Below, piece by piece: positions 59,861 to 64,000 of a stretch of DNA of 64,000 bases. The notes below the pieces were generated by a model. The model saw only the letters and a list, made by a program, of their open reading frames with translations, ran no database searches and was not told the origin of the DNA. Every line of letters starts with the position of its first letter. The stretch's first letter is position 1. Made by a program: the position numbers and the translations under genes. Origin of the DNA: a bacterium (lineage in GTDB: Bacteria; Electryoneota; Electryoneia; Electryoneales; Electryoneaceae); the NCBI GenBank assembly GCA_963675295.2, contig CAXXKJ010000002.1:128001-192000 (forward strand), in the 5' to 3' direction.

Positions 59861-61033
59861 ATGAATCGACTTGCCCCCTTTGCACTGCTGGCGTTGTTGC
59901 TTGCCGCGACGGTTTCCCCGTCCTACGCACAGAACTGGACTGTCGAGGAAGCGCCCGAATGGACCGCGATGCTCGACCAGACCACCGGCTGGACCGGTGC
60001 GGACGGCATCTATTCCATCCCGGTCGATGGGAATGACCAGATCGGCGCATGGCACGACAACCAGACCCTGTTCATTTTCAGCGACACCTTCATCGGTGAT
60101 GTGGACGGGATCGGTCAACGTCTCGACGGCACCACCATGGTCAATAACACGATGGCGTATCTCGCGCCGGGCGTACTCAATCCCGACAGCATCCGTTTCC
60201 TCTATCGTCACCCGAACAGCAACCCGGAATCGATGTTCCTGCCGGACACGCCGAACAGTGATCCGGACGAATACTACTGGTTTACAGACGGCATTTCACT
60301 CGAAAGCGGCGTCTACCTGATAGCCCACCGGATGCGTCCCGGTGGCGGCCTCGGCTTCGCCCGTGACGGCGTCTCGATGGTCCGCATTCCGCCGGGATCG
60401 ACGTTGCCGTTCACCAATTACCAGCAGTACGAGCTGCCATTTTTTGCCGACGCGAACGACGATCACGGCGACATTTCCTTCGGCAACGCGATCATGGCGA
60501 ACACGGTGCGTGCTGGCGCACCGAATCCGGACGGGTACATTTACATCTATGGCCTCGACGAAGTCCCGTTTGACAAGCACATGCTGGTGGCCCGGGTGCC
60601 GGAAAACCAATTCCCGTTCTACAACCAGTGGCGTTTCTGGGATGGCCAGAACTGGGTGCCGGACTTTTTGCAGGCCGCGCATGTGACCAACCGGGTATCG
60701 TCGGAACACAGCGTCACACCATTGCCGGACGGCCGCTTCATCATGGTCTTCACCGTCGACACCATCACGCGGACGATCGGCTTCCGTGTCGGACCATCCC
60801 CTCGTGGACCGTGGAGTATCATCCACCCGATCTACACCAGCACCGTGCCGGACGAATTCCCGGACGCAGACGTCTGGTGCTACAACGCGAAAGCACACCC
60901 GAGCTTGTCCGAACCGGGCGAGCTGCTGATCAGCTACAACCTGAACTGCGTCGACTTCTGGGATCATTTCCAGTATGCGGACATCTACCGGCCACGGTTC
61001 ATCCGTCTGATCTACACCGGCGATCGGTTCTGA
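59861..61033 (+). CDS. DUF4185/DUF5005-like secreted protein without CTD (paralog of 58160)
   Basis: Same GWTGADG, YNAKAHP and YRPRFIRLI motifs; stops before any CTD. Confidence 0.82.
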   Translation: MNRLAPFALLALLLAATVSPSYAQNWTVEEAPEWTAMLDQTTGWTGADGIYSIPVDGNDQIGAWHDNQTLFIFSDTFIGDVDGIGQRLDGTTMVNNTMAYLAPGVLNPDSIRFLYRHPNSNPESMFLPDTPNSDPDEYYWFTDGISLESGVYLIAHRMRPGGGLGFARDGVSMVRIPPGSTLPFTNYQQYELPFFADANDDHGDISFGNAIMANTVRAGAPNPDGYIYIYGLDEVPFDKHMLVARVPENQFPFYNQWRFWDGQNWVPDFLQAAHVTNRVSSEHSVTPLPDGRFIMVFTVDTITRTIGFRVGPSPRGPWSIIHPIYTSTVPDEFPDADVWCYNAKAHPSLSEPGELLISYNLNCVDFWDHFQYADIYRPRFIRLIYTGDRF

Positions 61034-61327
61034 GCCACAGCGGGTATCCATTGTGACGGCAGGTGACGCACGCCCCACGTTGAGTTCGCACATCATCCCA
61101 CCGCGCTTCGGCGCGGTTTTTCTCTCAGTACGATGTTGGATATTGACAACACGCCTAAAACACCCTATCTTTGCCCTCCCGGGTGATCCACACCCGCGCC
61201 ACAAGGCCACATCTCAGTAGCCGCTGCAATTCAGCCAACCATCCGCAACCATCATCTGTTCGAAAAACGACTCAGACGTTTCGCCACTCGTTGTCCTAAC
61301 CCAACCCTCCCCAACTGGAGACTCACC

Positions 61328-61660
61328 ATGATCGCCACTTCTGTCCGGCGGGCACCCCAGACGCTGCCTGCGCTCGTTGTCACGCTGCTGCTCACCACCG
61401 CGCCGTTGTTCGCCGGCCCACCCGAGTATGTCTTCCTCACACCATCCCAATGGTCCAGCGCCGAACCTGTCGCCACCTGGGCCATTCCGCGCAGCTCGCT
61501 GGCGGGGGACACGTTGTGCGTCAAACCCACCGGCGACGGCCTCACCGACTCCCTGCAGACTGTTCTGCTCGGTCTCGGCATCAGCAACACGGAACTCGCC
61601 GACCTCGCCACCGCCCGCGCACGAATCGCCAGCACCACCTGGCAGGAGGCAGTCCAATGA
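61328..61660 (+). CDS. Small secreted hypothetical protein
   Basis: GGAG RBS, signal peptide; its stop overlaps the next ATG (ATGA). Confidence 0.6.
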   Translation: MIATSVRRAPQTLPALVVTLLLTTAPLFAGPPEYVFLTPSQWSSAEPVATWAIPRSSLAGDTLCVKPTGDGLTDSLQTVLLGLGISNTELADLATARARIASTTWQEAVQ

Positions 61661-63504
61661 AACCCTTCCGCCTTCGCATCCACCTGCCCCAGACATTCAT
61701 GTCTGGAATTTTGCGCCCGTTGCTCGTCCTCGCAGGGAATTCCAGTCGTTTCATCCGCGTTTGCAAGCAAACACGGGCACAAGCCAACATGCCCCTCAAC
61801 GGCATCATGCCCCGGACATTCATGTCTGGGCTGATCCGCCTCTGCAAGTCTATTAACACGGGCACGTCCCACAGGTTCCTCCGGTCCGTCCCCCTCACAC
61901 GCACTGCGCGCATCAACCGCGCCTACGACCTCGCCATCGCCGCCACACTCGCGTTGACATTGCTGCTGGTCGCGGCGTTGCCGGCGTCACCATCCACCCT
62001 GACCGTCGACCCTTCCGCCACAGCCCTGTTGGCTTTTGACAACATCGACGAATATGCCGCGTTGACTGGACGTGATCCCGCGCGTGTGATCGGACTATGG
62101 GTCGCCCGTGCGGACAGCTTCCAGGCGCTCGGCCGGTCATCCACCGACCTTCGTGCGAGCCTCGCCGGGGGCGCGTGGGGTATCCGTGGCGGCGTGACTG
62201 GCGGATCGGCATACGGCCGCCAGTATGACGGCGTCACCGACTTCGACCAGCTCGGCGCGGCGGCGTCCGACTCCACCGAGATGCGGGACGGCGTGTTGTA
62301 CGAAATTCTGTTCCGTTCCACATCCTCGGCGTCCAGCCTGATGCTCACAACCGGCCTGACGCACGGGTTTTTCCTCTACAACGGACTGTTCCGGGTGCGC
62401 ATCAACGCGACGTATGTCGTGACGGACGGTTCCACCGGCGAGTACAGCGACGGGCAGTGGCATCTCGCCCGTGCGTTCATCACCGCCGATTCGGTCAAGG
62501 CGGTGGTCGACGATAACCCGCCGGAAAATGTCGCCCACAGCCTGCCGCTCAGCGATCCCAGCTACGCGACCACCTTCGGCGCTCACCCGAACGGCACCTT
62601 CCCGTTCAACGGCGCGATCGAATCCATCGCGGTGCTTGATTATGCTGGGTTTGATCCGTACCAGGTGGATCTGGACGGCTACTGGGATGTGCTCGCGCCG
62701 CACCTGGACAACGCAGCCGCGTTCGCCGGTCCGCAGGCGGCGCTGGATTTCATCGGCGCAACGCTTGACGGGGACGAACCGGACACGGTCCATTTCCAGC
62801 CTGGTGTCTACGCGCAGCCGTTGACGATCTGGTCGGACGACGTTGTGCTGCTCGGGCATGACCGTCCGCACCGGGTGGTGATCGACGGTTCCCCCCTGGC
62901 AACCGGCACGGCGGTGCTGACACTGGATGGCGCGGCGGGTTCGCAGCTGCACACGTTGACCATCGCCCACGGTCCCACCGCGTTGCGCAGCAAGAATGGT
63001 TCGAGCGGTATCGCGCGGAATGTGGTCATCAGCGGCAACAACCTCGCGATGGAGAGTTCGTCCAACACATCCACCGATACGTTGCGCCTGATCCACTGCA
63101 CGCTGGACGGCAACAAGTACGGCTTGTACGCCAAGTCGCCGGATTACGGACGGGTGCGGATCGCGAACAGCTGCCTCACCTGGACCTCCGAGCTGGCGGT
63201 TGTCGGTTCGCCTCCGGCGGGGATCATCACGGTCGGTTCGTTGCTGGCGTGGGCAAATGTCGGCACGGTGTCCGGGGATGTGTTGTCCGCGCCGCCGATG
63301 TATCTCAACCGGTCAGCGCTTGAATACAGCCTGCAGAGCGCGTCGCCCGCGATCAACGCTGGCAATCCGGTGTACGGGTATGACAACGACGGATCCCCGC
63401 CGGATCTAGGCGCCTACAGCGGGTCGTGGAACTCCGCCGGCGGCAACGTGTTCGAGCAGGGTTGGTCGCGTCCCGCCTGGTCCCGCACCCGCTGGTCACG
63501 GTAG
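61657..63504 (+). CDS. Secreted LamG-like + beta-helix protein; N-terminal region contains REP-like palindromes in frame
   Basis: AGGAGG at 61644-61649 and ATGA coupling; SDGQWH and FNGAIE (LamG), DTVHFQPGVY, YSLQSASPAINAG...DLGAY. Confidence 0.72.
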   Translation: MKPFRLRIHLPQTFMSGILRPLLVLAGNSSRFIRVCKQTRAQANMPLNGIMPRTFMSGLIRLCKSINTGTSHRFLRSVPLTRTARINRAYDLAIAATLALTLLLVAALPASPSTLTVDPSATALLAFDNIDEYAALTGRDPARVIGLWVARADSFQALGRSSTDLRASLAGGAWGIRGGVTGGSAYGRQYDGVTDFDQLGAAASDSTEMRDGVLYEILFRSTSSASSLMLTTGLTHGFFLYNGLFRVRINATYVVTDGSTGEYSDGQWHLARAFITADSVKAVVDDNPPENVAHSLPLSDPSYATTFGAHPNGTFPFNGAIESIAVLDYAGFDPYQVDLDGYWDVLAPHLDNAAAFAGPQAALDFIGATLDGDEPDTVHFQPGVYAQPLTIWSDDVVLLGHDRPHRVVIDGSPLATGTAVLTLDGAAGSQLHTLTIAHGPTALRSKNGSSGIARNVVISGNNLAMESSSNTSTDTLRLIHCTLDGNKYGLYAKSPDYGRVRIANSCLTWTSELAVVGSPPAGIITVGSLLAWANVGTVSGDVLSAPPMYLNRSALEYSLQSASPAINAGNPVYGYDNDGSPPDLGAYSGSWNSAGGNVFEQGWSRPAWSRTRWSR

Positions 63505-63763
63505 GTCGCATACAGGGGACACTTTGTCCCCAAAGTGTCCCCAACGTATGTCCACGCTGGTGCCACGGGCTTTAGTCCGTGGCATCTTTTGCTATAGCCC
63601 ACTGACCCATAGCCCAATAGCCAATGGGCCACAGCCTACCGCCTGTCAACCCGCCGCCCGTAGCCCGTAGTCCGCAGCCCTTCTGTTCAAGCATCCTGCC
63701 TGTTGTACGTGTATCTTACCGTTTTTGCGGGAACCTGTTGCGCCCGGACCCGGGGTACCATCG

Positions 63764-64000
63764 ATGCCGTTCCAGATCCTGATTGTCGACCACGACGAAA
63801 GCGCTGCGTCCGAGCTCGCGGACTTGTTCATCGAGTCCGGCGCGGAGGCATCCGTCGTGTTGGCTGGCGAGCAGGCGTGGACCATTGCGTCCGCCGGGCA
63901 GTGCGACGTGTTCATCTGCAACACGAACCTCACCGGCGACATTGGCGGCAAGCAGTTGATCCAACGCGTGCTGGCGGAGCTTCCCGGGTTGCCGGTGGTG
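63764..64000 (+). CDS. Response-regulator receiver-domain protein, atypical, partial at window edge
   Basis: Manual translation MPFQILIVDHDESAASELADLF...CDVFICNTNLTGDIGGKQLIQRVLAELPGLPVV; Asn at the usual phospho-Asp position. Confidence 0.72.
   Translation, partial: MPFQILIVDHDESAASELADLFIESGAEASVVLAGEQAWTIASAGQCDVFICNTNLTGDIGGKQLIQRVLAELPGLPVV

Overview
GC-rich bacterial chromosomal window. Eleven genes end in a T9SS/Por-type C-terminal sorting domain (PNPFN/PNPCN...YF...K), which suggests an FCB-group organism. These include a tandem array of FG-GAP/beta-propeller proteins, two beta-helix proteins, an M36/M4-type protease and a DUF4185/5005-like protein. They are interspersed with housekeeping genes (3-hydroxyacyl-CoA dehydrogenase, ndk, rfbA, M24/M29/M48 peptidases, a two-component pair). 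The best candidate for an undescribed system is a four-gene minus-strand cluster at 33774-38933: a secretin, two paralogous signal-peptide pilin-like subunits and an internally duplicated fimbrial-chaperone-like protein, with no usher or ATPase in the window. It is bracketed by two paralogous pseudo-receiver/PAS/wHTH-BTAD regulators and a HisKA-only PAS protein. Other notable structure: three families of dispersed REP-like palindromes, several inserted in frame inside genes; two separate duplications of a gene 3' end that stop exactly at the stop codon and bracket cargo; an IS1182 element with a 29-bp hairpin target duplication; T9SS genes with GC-rich conserved ends and AT-rich cores; and an unnamed ~105-aa pre-CTD module shared by six proteins. 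No rRNA, tRNA or CRISPR array was found. All family calls come from motif recognition, not database searches.
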